Origin: Basidiobolus ranarum
Lineage: Eukaryota
DNA length: 64,000 nucleotides
Direction: 5' to 3'
Assembly (NCBI GenBank): GCA_040143965.1
Contig: JASJQH010000001.1
Span: 1 to 64,000, forward strand
In this document: one piece after another, positions 1-12,000 of the stretch
How the letters are laid out: the number at the start of each line of letters is the position of its first letter
How positions within the stretch are numbered: the first letter of the stretch is position 1
Position numbers and translations under genes: made by a program
The notes under the pieces: generated by a model
Told to the model about the DNA's origin: nothing
The model's input: only the letters and a program-made list of their open reading frames with translations
Database searches by the model: none

Positions 1-749
1 ACGGAGAATGCACCAAAGTACTTTAGCAACAGTCAATATGCCAACTAAATTACACTAGTAACAAACCAACCTGAGACAGTACGAAGTAACCACACCATCA
101 ATCCAACCAACAGTCGAACTGGTTACATCTAGGGGATAAGATATCGTAAAACCGAATGCTCGTTCCATCTCACAAGCTAACGCTAATTATCTTGTTTGTC
201 TTTATCTCTAACGGCAACTAAGGGTGCTTAAGGTTGGGTGGCACAAGATGATCTATTCTTACCATCACCTCCCTAGTTGGCTATGGCTAGTAGAATTATA
301 TGTGGCAAAGTGATCTAAGGGCATTTTATCTATCTAATTACACAGAAACTGTCGCAGGGGTGGGTTTGATCAAAGAGAACATATTATCTTTGCAGATGAT
401 CTATCAACCCTTTATCACAACAGATCATCGTTTCCTTTTATCTGTAAATTCTGGCATTTAGGTGGCTGCTGTAAAGACAACCGTGATTTTCCGACTGGAT
501 CTATCACACAAGTAAACTGTCACTTTAAAGTATATTTTTCTTACTCCCACGACCAAGCCATGTTCCGCTAATTTTTCCACTCTGAGTATTCTTGTTTCGA
601 TTTATCCATGCTCCAATTTACCCGAATATAATTTCGTTGACATATGATCTTTGCTTACACATTTCAAACAACTACCGCTGCGAAATTAGGTGAATGGGCG
701 AGTATTGGTTCTAGTGTTCAAGCGTGTATTGGCTTTGGTATTCAACTAT

Positions 750-821
750 TGGAATTAGAGAATGGGGTATTAGTGGAATTCGAGAAGGGGATATTAGTGG
801 AATTAGAGAATGGGATATTAA
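750..821. repeat. 24-bp minisatellite, 3 imperfect copies
   Basis: TGGAATTAGAGAATGGGGTATTAG / TGGAATTCGAGAAGGGGATATTAG / TGGAATTAGAGAATGGGATATTAA at 750, 774 and 798. Confidence 0.85.
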
Positions 822-1135
822 TTCCTTGATACTCATGTGCTATTTAATGTTACTAATATATCTGAGCTTCAATTAAATGACAAATCAGAGATACATGATT
901 GGCTTGCAATTGTACAATGTGATGGTTGAGCGGTGGAACATGTGATGCCGATTCTAACATCACAGTCTGCATTTCGATGATAAATCCGCCGCATGCTTGG
1001 GATTAGGTCTGTGTACTCCCTACTTTCATATATAAGCCGATATCATGCCTCGTAGTTACTTATTGGCATTGGTGATTCCTTTACTCTCTTCACATTATCA
1101 GTCTAAACCATCTCTACTTCTAATATAAATTAAAA

Positions 1136-2220
1136 ATGAGCGCTGAACAAGTTATTCCTAGCCCCGCTTCATTAGTTGAAAAGTCTGTTCAGATTAAGGA
1201 AGAGCCCAAAGCAAGTGCCAACTCTGGTGTCAAATCTTTCCTTTCAGGTGGTTTTGGTGGTATTTGTCTGGTAGCTGCTGGTCACCCACTTGATCTTATT
1301 AAAGTCCGTCTTCAAACCTCCAACAACTACACCGGTATTGTTGATTGTTTCAAGAAAACCATTGCCCGTGATGGTTTCCGTGGTCTTTACCGTGGCTTGT
1401 CTACCCCTCTTATAGGAGTCACTCCTATCTTTGCTACCTGCTTCTGGGGTTATGATATGGGCAAGAAGTTGCAAATTTGGGCTCTCGGTTTGGTAAGTCC
1501 TTCGCATATTATCTTCTCATAGTTTCAATTACTGATTTCATTTGAAATTTATTAGGATCCTAATGCCAAGTTGAGCATGGGTAATATTCTTTTCGCTGGT
1601 GGTTTCTCTGCCATTCCTGCCACTCTTCTCATGGCTCCCACCGAACGTATCAAGTGCCTCCTCCAGATCCAAGGTGATGCCGGTGGTGTCCAGAAGTACA
1701 AGGGTCCTATTGATGCCGCTATTGGTATTTTCAAGGAAGGTGGTATGCGTAGTTTGTTCAGAGGTACCGGTGCTACATTACTGAGAGACGTCCCTGGATC
1801 CGTTGCTTATTTCGGTGCTTATGAGTTTGCCAAGGCCGCTTTGTCTGGTAACTCTGGCCCTGATACTTTGAGTCCTATGGCTGTCTTGGTTGCTGGTGGT
1901 CTTGCTGGTATGGCTAATTGGGCTGTTGCCATTGTAAGTAAAATAAGTTCTATATATATTTCTTGACATGCGGTAAATCAGATTTAGTAACTAATTATCT
2001 TGTACAATAGCCTCCTGATGTCTTGAAATCTAGACTTCAAACTGCACCTGAAGGTACTTACAAGGGTGTTGCTGATGTGTTCACTCACCTTATTCGTACT
2101 GAAGGACCTGGTGCCTTATTCCGTGGTCTTGGTCCTGCTATGTTGCGTGCTTTCCCTGCCAATGCTGCCTGTTTCCTTGGTGTTGAAGCATCCCTCAAGT
2201 TTATGAACCAAATCTGGTAA
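1136..2220 (+). CDS. CRC1: Mitochondrial carnitine/acylcarnitine carrier (SLC25A20/Crc1 family), 3 exons
   Basis: Exons 1136-1492, 1556-1933 and 2011-2220 joined by GT-AG introns. Three carrier signatures: [30 protein letters not shown]. The motifs RDVPGS and [10 protein letters not shown] are typical of carnitine carriers. Confidence 0.92.
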
Positions 2221-2776
2221 AGCTATCGTCTGGAGTAGCCTGAACTCATTCCACATGGACATTTATTCAGCCACATTTACATTGTATCTAATACCTTATT
2301 ACTTTGCATCTTTTTCACATGATTCTCTTGAATTAGTTAGATATTTTGATTCCATCAAGCCATGGACCAAAATTCATCTCAATACCTAACTCAATGTAAA
2401 GTTTATTAACCATATATAGGTTCTTGATTGGCCATTTTCCATTAAATCTCTTCCTTGAACCAATAATATTTCGTCACGAGCATTATTATTAGGAAATTCT
2501 TAAGCCCTTGGAAATGTATTATTAGGTTATATATGTCCAAATGGAATGCACTTCATTTAAATTAGCATTTGGTCTTATATTTGTCTTACATTTCTACTTG
2601 CGGTGAAATGTGTTAGTCCACTGTAAGTAACACAATGGTAATCATAAGATTTCTTGATACATGAGCTTTTATTTGGTATGTGAGAATTATGAATATGTAT
2701 AAAAGAATGCGTATGTCAGAATTTAGACGGTATATCGGATTTAGTTACATCAATTGGTGAATATCCCTGGCTAAAC

Positions 2777-5048
2777 TTAAACTGCTGGATCCGGTGACTG
2801 ACTATGTGAGGGACGTGTCTTAAAGAATGAATCCGGTGTTATAAGGGTTCCTAAAGCCCTGCGCATATGAGTAGTTAAATAACTAAGACCAAGTTGATAA
2901 CTAGCATTCATCCAGCCGAAACCTTCACGTGGTACAAATTTGAAATCTACACCGACATTACCGTATTCAACCTTAACTTGATGCGTCATTCCTACGATAT
3001 CAAACTTTTCAGGAACAACTCCGTTAAAGTCGACAAAAGATTTGGTAATAGTATATAGCCAACGATAGGCTAAACGACGAGCAATATCGACGTATCCGTA
3101 CTTCTCAAGACCTACCCAAGCTAACATCTGATGAGGGGCCCAACCGAAGGGGTAATCCCATTGTCGATTGGGACGAGAAAGTGAGATGAGTCCTCTAGAT
3201 TCCTCGGTACCACATACCAATCCACCAGTGACTTCAAATTTCTTAACACAAACCTGAACTGTCTTTTCGGCTTGTTCTTTGGAAGCGCATCCAGCCCAGA
3301 GTGCCCAAAGGGATGTCACTGATTCGTAGGTAATCTGTTTTTCCTGGCGAGTATCATAGTCAAAGTAAAGTCCCTTCTCTTCATTCCATAAAAAGCGATC
3401 AATCAAAGCCTTGCGTCTTCTGGCACGTTCAAACCAAGGTTCGCTTGCAACAATAGTACCATCGGATAAGGTAAGTTTGTCATCAAAGATATTGCGAATA
3501 GTCTCTCCGATATCAATTTCATATTTGTATAACAATGCATTTAAGTCGATTGTGGCAAGGTATGCACAACGTTTTTCAAAGCGATACGTTGTATCATGAC
3601 CGGACTCACGTACTGCTCGATCGTTGATAAAGTAGTCATCAAGTTCAGGCTCAATAACTTGACCTTCATTGTATAGCTTCTGATATGTCTCAATATCAAC
3701 TCCATGTTTTTCGGCAAAGGGGGCTATCACATGATCGAAATGAGTTGCTTCCGTTTCGGGAGGCATTCCGATTCCTGTAGGATGATAACGACTAAGTCCG
3801 CATTTTGGATCCAAACGAGGTTCACAGTTCCAAACAGTGTGATATTCTTTAATAGCGGCACCAAATGTATCAGCCAGCCATTTCTTATTGGCCTCGGGAT
3901 CAGCAGGGGGAAGAGCGTCATACACTTTCAAGGCCATATCTGTCAGAAATGGAGGCTGCGAACGAGTAAGATAATAACTACGGTTGGCATTCAGAATTTT
4001 GCCATAATGCTTGATCTCATATACAAAATTATCGACCATGCCCTTCGCTAGTTCAAGTTTACCATCAATCAATAAACCTAGCGATTCAAAGTATGAGTCC
4101 CATCCGTACATTTCGTTGAATCTACCACCAGGAACAACAAATGGTACACCTCGCATGTTTTCAACTCCATTTTCATCTTGGTATTTCTCCATTGCCAAAG
4201 CCAAAATACCGGGCTTGTTGTTGATGCTGCGTACAAATTCGGGGGTGATCATGTCAGGAAGACGTTCAACTTCAAGGTTAAGGTGAGGTCTACTTTTAGA
4301 TGCATTAACGTAGTATTCGAAAGTCTCATCTTCTCCAGAAGGTACATAAATACGTGGACTATGGTTGGCAGTTCTGTTTTTAGGATCTTTACAAATGATT
4401 TCAAATCCCTCCGCGTCAATTCGTCTAGTGAGGCCATCCCAGAAGTGATGCTTTATCATTCGAGACAGTCTATCGACAGGATTTTCGTTCAATCTAGCTT
4501 CATCAATGACAATATGTTTACGTCCATAATCAGAAGCTAGAGCAAGTTCTTGTAACAAATTGGAGAGCATATAGGTACCGCGAATATCGTATTTGAGATA
4601 ACCACCCGAATGAGCGGTACCTACTTGAAGAACTTTAGGTCCAACATCGTTGACGGTAATCTGAAAATCTCCATCAGTATCTTCCTGAGAAAGAATGGTT
4701 TGCCAAGTGTCCTCAACATCAATCAAAAACTTTCTTGGTCGAGAAGATTTTTCATCTAGAAAAGATAGTAATTAGAACTGGGAACATAAAAAAATGATAG
4801 TGTAGAGAAATATCTACCATGTGAAGCTCTTCTACGTCGACGGAATGACTCATTGTTGTCTGACTGAGGTGGTCTAGAAGAATTTGACTGGACAGAAACT
4901 CATGTTAGTTTGGTAGGGATTTAGTAGCGTGTAAATATAGACTTACAGTGCTAAGGGTTCTGTTGCGTAGTAGTTTCTTGTTGGAATCGGACACGTTTGT
5001 ATAATACTCAGCTGCAGGAGCCAGAATGTTAGTGTCAGCGTCCGTCAT
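2777..5048 (-). CDS. NTH1: Neutral trehalase (GH37), 3 exons
   Basis: Exons 5048-4947, 4887-4818 and 4755-2777. Ca-binding [10 protein letters not shown], then [34 protein letters not shown] and EGFGWMNAS. The N-terminus has PKA-type sites RNRTLS and RRRASH. Confidence 0.96.
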
Positions 5049-5295
5049 GCTAGATTAGTTGAGGCTCAAAGGGATAATGAGTGGTCGAAAGGAGTGTATT
5101 TTGGAGCAAAGACTATTTATATATTCAATAGTAATTTGACAGAATAAATAGTGAGTTAATATTAAAACAGCTAATTCGAAAGGAGTGGTTATACGCAAAC
5201 GTAGTACGTAAAAATGCAGTAACCTGATAGATTCGACAAAAGTCTAGATGAAGATACTTATATGCGAAATGAATGTAGTATATATATTGGAGTGG

Positions 5296-5495
5296 ATGAC
5301 GTAAAATTCGAAGAGAAAACGAACACTGATAGTCAATTCGTATCTTGAAATCTTATCATCATATATTGATTGGTTCACAAAGGCTGAGGATCCAAAGAAA
5401 GGTCACAATGAAGAGAGTTAGATCCCTCTCACGTCACTAGAGTCTCTCACTGGGCAAAGATCAATGATGAAGTTTTCTTTTTCTATTATGACGTA
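5296..5495. promoter_or_regulatory. Cluster of CRE/ATF-like sites upstream of NTH1
   Basis: ATGACGTA at 5296 and 5488 and ACGTCA at 5431, 250-450 bp upstream of the trehalase ATG. Confidence 0.4.
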
Positions 5496-5916
5496 TTGTA
5501 CTGATTGGAATAGAAGATGTGTCATATATATGATTTTGGGGGCACAAGATCGCTCACGTTATCGGACTGTACGGTTAAACATTTGGCTAAAGACTACCAC
5601 ATCCACCACATCCACCACATCACTAAAATACTGTAGTAACCTGACTTATTCCAGAGCAACTCTACAAACGTTTCTGATAAACTGGTAGAATGGGATTGAA
5701 TACTGACGGATGGAACATAATAGTAACATATGTGACGACAATAATAATAAGAAAATGCGCTCAAGTGACTCGGATCAATCCGATTACAGAATCTATTTAT
5801 ATATATTGATTACATAAAGATATTTATTCGCTAGCTACAAGTTGAAATATTTCCCGATATAACAGGTGAATAATAAGACTCACAAATGAGCGTTGGATGG
5901 TGAGGATTTTCTACAA

Positions 5917-5971
5917 CAGAATCAGGCAACAGAGCCAGGCAAGGGTTAGGCAGCAGAATCAGGCAACAGAG
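5917..5971. repeat. 18-bp direct repeat
   Basis: CAGAATCAGGCAACAGAG at 5917 and 5954, each followed shortly by AAGGGTT. Confidence 0.7.
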
Positions 5972-6034
5972 TAAGGGTTGAAGTGGACATAAGAATAATA
6001 ATGCAAGTGGATCTGATCTAAAAACGAATATTGA

Positions 6035-7882
6035 CTACCTGAGAAATTGCTTGTAAACTGAATTATCGCTCTCATCCACAAAAGGACATTCAAGATTGCT
6101 TAAAAATGCATGGAATTGTTTGGATTCATTTGGAGGCACCTGTAAACCAACTAACACGCGGCCAGTATCTAAATAGAGTCGATAAATATGTAAGGATACG
6201 ACAAAAAGATACGACAAAATGGAGAAAACTCCGTCACTAACCAGCACCAAAATTCCGGTAATGGAAGAGGCTAACATTCCATCCAACTTTCAATCCTGTC
6301 AAGAATTTTTGTAAAGCTCCTGGTCGCTCAGGAAACTCAAATCTGTACAGTCGTTCATTCTCAACCTCACTTCTTCCGCCAATCAAATAGCGTACATGAG
6401 TTTTGGCCATCTCATTATCACTGATATCTTCACCTTTCATCCCATTGTTTTCCAATTCATCGAAAATTTCCCTGAGCTCCACCCTACGATTGGCAACAGA
6501 GAACGAAGTAAAAATGTGCGCTTGTTTGGGATTGGAGTATCGATAGATGAATTCGGTAATGGGACGTGGATAAATTACGTTGTAAAGTTTCATAAAACTT
6601 CCTGGCTCTTCCGGAATAATAGCCGTGATTATCGCCTCACGCTTTTCTCCCAGTTCAGAGCGTTCAGCCACAAATCGAAGCCGATCAAAATTCATATTGG
6701 CGCCACTGGTAACTGCTACAATAGTCTTACCTTCGAATTGGTTTTGAGACACCCATTTTTTGGCGCCAGCAACACCTAGAGCGCCAGCAGGCTCGATAAT
6801 GGACCGTGAATCTTTAAACGAGAGTTAGATTTCTGCCCAGAAAGTTACATGTTATCATATATAAAGACCTTCAAATATATCTTTGATAGCAGCACATAAT
6901 TGATCATTAGAAACCTGAACTATATCGTCCAACAGCTCATTACAAATGCGAAAGGTCTCTGTTCCTACTAATCGTACAGCAGCACCGTCTGCAAACAGAC
7001 CTACTTCTGCCAGTTGGCAAGGTCGGCCCTGAGCAAGAGCTTCGGTCATAGCAAACGAATCATGCGTTTCTACTCCAATAACTTTAATTCTGGGACATAT
7101 TTGCTTTACATAAACGGCGATACCAGCAGCAAGACCACCACCACCAACTGCACAGAAAATCGCGTCAATGTTATCTAGAGGTTGTTGTTTTAGAATTTCA
7201 AGCGCCACAGTGCCTTGGCCAGCAATGACGTAAGGATCGTCGTAGGGTGGAATATTAACTAGACCACACTCTGACGCCAGGCGAGCGCATTCAACCTTTG
7301 CAGCATCAAAATCATCTCCATAAAGAATAACGTTTCCACCTAGGCGCTTGACATTTCGCCATTTTATTTCGGGAGTTGGTACAGGCATTACAATGGTGGC
7401 TTTGATACCCAGCTTTTGAGCAGCGAAAGCTATTCGAAATATCACCTTATTAATCAAACACTCACATAAACCGTTCAGTATCATTATATAGAGACTTACC
7501 AACCCCTTGAGCATGGTTACCATCAGAGCAAGCAATAACTCCTCTAGATTTTTCTTCCGCTGTTAAATTATACATTTTGTTATATGCGCCACGGATTTTG
7601 AAGGAAAACACTGGCTGCAGATCTTCTCTCTTGAGAAGGATATCATTATTGATGCGATTGGACAAGTTAACGGCATGTTGTAAAGGGGTCTGTATAGCAA
7701 CATCATACACAGGAGCGGTCAGAATAAGTTGCAAATAGTCAGGGTGCTCGTGCAACTTTGAGACATCAACGCTCTAGAAACAAATATTAGTAACGTATAC
7801 CCGTTAGTTGTATAGGCATATTATCTTTAACTTGAGATATGTGAGCGGTAGGATTCAAATGACTGGCATCCAATTGCACCAT
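6035..7882 (-). CDS. ILV1: Biosynthetic threonine dehydratase/deaminase, about 5 exons
   Basis: [17 protein letters not shown] (PLP lysine), [33 protein letters not shown], two C-terminal ACT-like domains (FPERPGAL...SLFHYRN). The ATG at 7882 and the first exon are inferred. Confidence 0.93.
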
Positions 7883-8286
7883 TTCCTATTTAGAATTATC
7901 TTTTAGATATCGGCCAGTGGTAAAGCTAAGACTCAAATAACTAGATAGGGTGCAGCATGTAAGACGGACCAACTTGCTCTTAAATAGACAGAAAACCCAT
8001 GTATAATCTTCCCAATCTACATTGTCGATCCAAGCTGTAGGGCCACTCTTATCCTTTGACAAAGTTCGCTATCCACCAATCTCTCTGATAACCTGGTACC
8101 AGTTTACATCTTGATTGCCAGAGATTGCTGTGCTTTGTGTCTAAGAGATACTGATTCTGATGAGCCCATCACAAGCTTAATAAACTACGAGGTACAGACA
8201 TCATGTAAGAAATTAAACCAATCTATAAATGGGAAAAATCTGTCGATACATGAGCACTAAAGATAGGTCGACCAGAAAGATGCAAT

Positions 8287-8295
8287 ATGAGTCAA
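8287..8295. promoter_or_regulatory. Gcn4/CpcA-type element (ATGAGTCAA) upstream of ILV1
   Basis: Exact TGAGTCA about 400 bp upstream of an amino-acid biosynthetic gene. Confidence 0.4.
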
Positions 8296-9054
8296 GCATC
8301 GTTCCATTGGTGATGCACTCTTCTGCTAACAATGTTGACCAAGAAGCCGGATTTGGCTGAGTAATTGCCAACCCTAAAGCATGTATCGAGTTTTACCCAA
8401 CTGCTAAATTTCACTAGCTAAATTTCACTAATCAGCAACCCAAAGCTTTGGATTTTCTTGGCGTTAACCGAAGAACTTGAAGTAATAGTTAGTCCACAAA
8501 TAAGTAGTGGTAAATAGATATAATCAACAAAGCATTATTGCCAGTAAAATTGACCTGGCTTATCAAATCATGGTTTGATGATTAACGAAATAGTGCAATA
8601 ACCTAACCCAAAATGTTAATTTGAATTTTCAACATGACTTCTACAGGTATTCATGAAAAAAAAGAAATACAAGCGCGAGTGATTTTTTTTCCATCATGAT
8701 TTTTTTTCTTTTTGACTTTTTTTTTTGCTCTAAAAATGATCAGTCACTAGCATATACTAGATATTGAAGGAACCAGAGACTACTTGCTTGACTTGTTTTT
8801 GAGCGGGTGTTGTAGAGTGTTTCTTTCACGTTTACATAAAGGCCTTCATACAGACCTCCCTACAATTTCTTCGTACATAGAGCTCTAAACTAAGTTAATA
8901 ATTCAACGTCCTTGTCATTTGCCATAGAAACTTACCACCTCTCTTGTAAAGACCTCCATACAAAGTTCCTCTGTTCGACTTCTATAGAACTTCAATTGCT
9001 CATTTAAGTGAAGATTTTATACTTCCTATTTTTTGATACACAACAATAGAGACC

Positions 9055-12000
9055 ATGGCTAATCCAAAACGTCAAAGAAACGAGAGTACATCCGTCGGTA
9101 AGCCCGATAGCAAGGACCAAAAGAAGGACAAAAAGAAGTCTGAGAAAGTCCATAAGACTTCCGATGCTGATTCCTCAAAGGCTGCTGTCTCAGCTATTGA
9201 AGATTTCCCTAGAGGTGGAAGTACTGGACTTACTCCTTTGGAATACAAAGATATCAGTAGACAAGTCAATCAGGATATTTTATTCGCTGATACTGCCGCT
9301 GGCTTAGAAGAACCTCCCACTAAGAAAGCCAAATCTTCCAAAAAATCGAAGAAGCAGAAGTCTTCTACAAGCACCAACGAAGAAGAGAAGGAGGAGAAGC
9401 CCAAGAGAATTGAAAGTTTGAATTTCAAGCGCTTGGCTACCGGAACTCTTATGATGGGTGTTGTTACTCAAATTAATGAACTCGATATTGCTGTCTCTCT
9501 CCCCAACCATTTGATCGGTTTCGTTTCTATAACTGAAGTCTCTGATGCTATCTCCAAGGCTGTTGAGGCTGCTGCCAGGGCTGAAGAAGATTCTGATGAT
9601 GAAGGGTCGGACCCAGTTCTTCCTAGCTTAAATGAGTTATTCAAAATTGGACAGTATGTTAACTGCGCTGTTACAAAGCTAGAGGGTTCTTCCGACAAAA
9701 GTGCCAGTGCTAAGAAACGTATTGAACTTAGTTTGAATCCATCCACAGTTAATGCTGGTATTATGAAGGATGACCTATGTGAGGGTATGCTCCTCTCCGT
9801 CTCAATTCAAAGTGTTGAAGATCATGGTTATTTGTTATCTATGGGTGTTGACGGAGTTACTGGATTCTTGCATAAGAACGACGCTGCCTCTTATATCAAA
9901 GAGAATGGAGACCAACCTTTGTCTGTTGGTCAAGTTTTACTTTGTGGTATTAAGAGCGTCCCTGAAAATAACAGAACTATCAATATGACACTCGACCAAC
10001 AGGTTCTCGTTAAGGCTACACCTGCCCATACTTTATCTAACATGTCTTCCTTGGTTCCTGCTACCTTAATTAATGGAATGATTACCGCCATTAACCCCAA
10101 TGGTCTCACATGCAAATTCATGGGTTTCTATGATGGTACAGTTGATTTCAATCATATCGGTTTCATTGTTGAAAGTGAAGACGATATTTCCAAAGCTTTC
10201 GAAGTTGGCCAAAAGATCCGCGCTCGTATTCTCTACATGTCTCTTGGAGTAAATGAGAAAGTCATTGGTTTATCCCTTGCTCCACAAATTCTTTCTCTTT
10301 CTCAACCCAAGATTACTGGATTCGACTTTAAGGATAATGGCAAAATGATTCCTATCGGAACCATCTTCGAAAAAGTCACTGTCAGAAGAGTTGATTCTGG
10401 TGTCGGTATTTTATGCGAAATTGATGGTGTTGAGGGTGTTGTTGGACATACCCATATTTCACGTTTGTCTGATAGTCATGTCGCCTCTTTGAGTGGACAT
10501 TCCGGCAAATACAAGATCGGTTCTAAGCACCCAGCTCGTGTTGTTGGATATGACTCCTTGGATTGTGTTTTACAACTCAGTATGCAAAAGTCTATTTTGG
10601 ACGAGAAATATCTGAATATTGATGATATTAAAGTTGGTGAAGTGATCAAGGGTAAAATTCATAAGCTTATCAACAATGGTATTCTAATTGAATTTAGTTC
10701 CACCATCAATGGTTTCGTCCCATCTATGCACATGTCTGACATCAAGCTTTTACATCCCGAGAAGAAATTCAAGGCTGGTGATAAAGTCAAATGCAGAGTT
10801 TTGCATACTGATGCTGCCCAAAAGAAGGTTATCCTTACCTTAAAGAAGTCTCTCGTAAGCTCCACACTTCCTATCTTCAAGTCTTACCATGACGCTACTC
10901 CTGGTGCTACTACCCACGGTGTTATTACCTCCGTGAAGCCTACTGGTTGCATTGTCACCTTCTTCGATAACGTTAAAGGATTTGCTCCTCTTCCTGAGTT
11001 AAGTGACTCTTTCATCAAGGACCCTACTTCATACTTCAACATTGGACAAGTTACCAAATGCCGTGTATTGACTGTTGACCCAGAGCGTGAACAACTTCGT
11101 GTCAGCTTCAAGTCCGGTACCACCAGTGAAGCCACCAAGGTGACCCACAATACCGACTTGGGTGTTATTTCTCTCGGTGAAGTTGTTTCTGGTAAAGTAA
11201 CATCATTGTTGGAAGATGCCATCCATTTAATCCTTGAGCCATCTAACATTCGCGCAACACTTCCTGTATCCCACCTGAGTGATCATCTTGGTACCATTTT
11301 GAAGACTATTGTTGGTTCTATCAAGGTTGGAGACACCCTCAACGATTTGGTTGTTTTCGCTAAGAATGAGCAAAAGAGCGTTGCTATGGTATCCAAGAAG
11401 CCTTTGTTAGTCAAGGCTGCTAAAGCTAACCAATTGCCAAAATCCATCGAAGATGTATCTGTTGGATCTATCGTCCCTGGTTACGTGAGAAGCGTTACTG
11501 ACTTTGGTGTTTTCGTTGGATTCCTTGGTGACTTTGGAGGTGTATCATTCAAAAACAACATCTCTGATCAGTTTGTTGCTTCTCCTGCCGATCATTTCAC
11601 TCCTCAGCAAACAGTCCTTTGTAACGTTACATCCGTTAACGTTGAGGAAGGTAAAATTGAATTGTCTCTTAAGCCATCTCAAACTCCTGTGGATAAGACC
11701 TCTTACGCTAAAAATAGCGATTTCATTGAGGAGTACTTTGAAGAACTTAATGAAGGTCACACTGAACAATATTCTCACCCTGGAGAATATGTACAAGGAA
11801 AGGTCCAGCAAATGTTGCCTTATGGATGGATCGTTGAACTTGAGCATGGTATGTCTGGCTTTGTTACTAACGAGCAAACTAAAGATGTCAGTGCCAAGGT
11901 TGGCGATGAAATTGTCGGAAAAATTCTTGATGTCAATCCCGAAAAGAAGATCTACGATTTGACTCTCAAGAGTGAACATGTTAGCGCTAGTGACAAAGCA

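Noticed and set aside
644-829. 61-aa ORF with ELENG(V/I)L repeats
   Set aside because: Explained by the 24-bp minisatellite; no other coding evidence.
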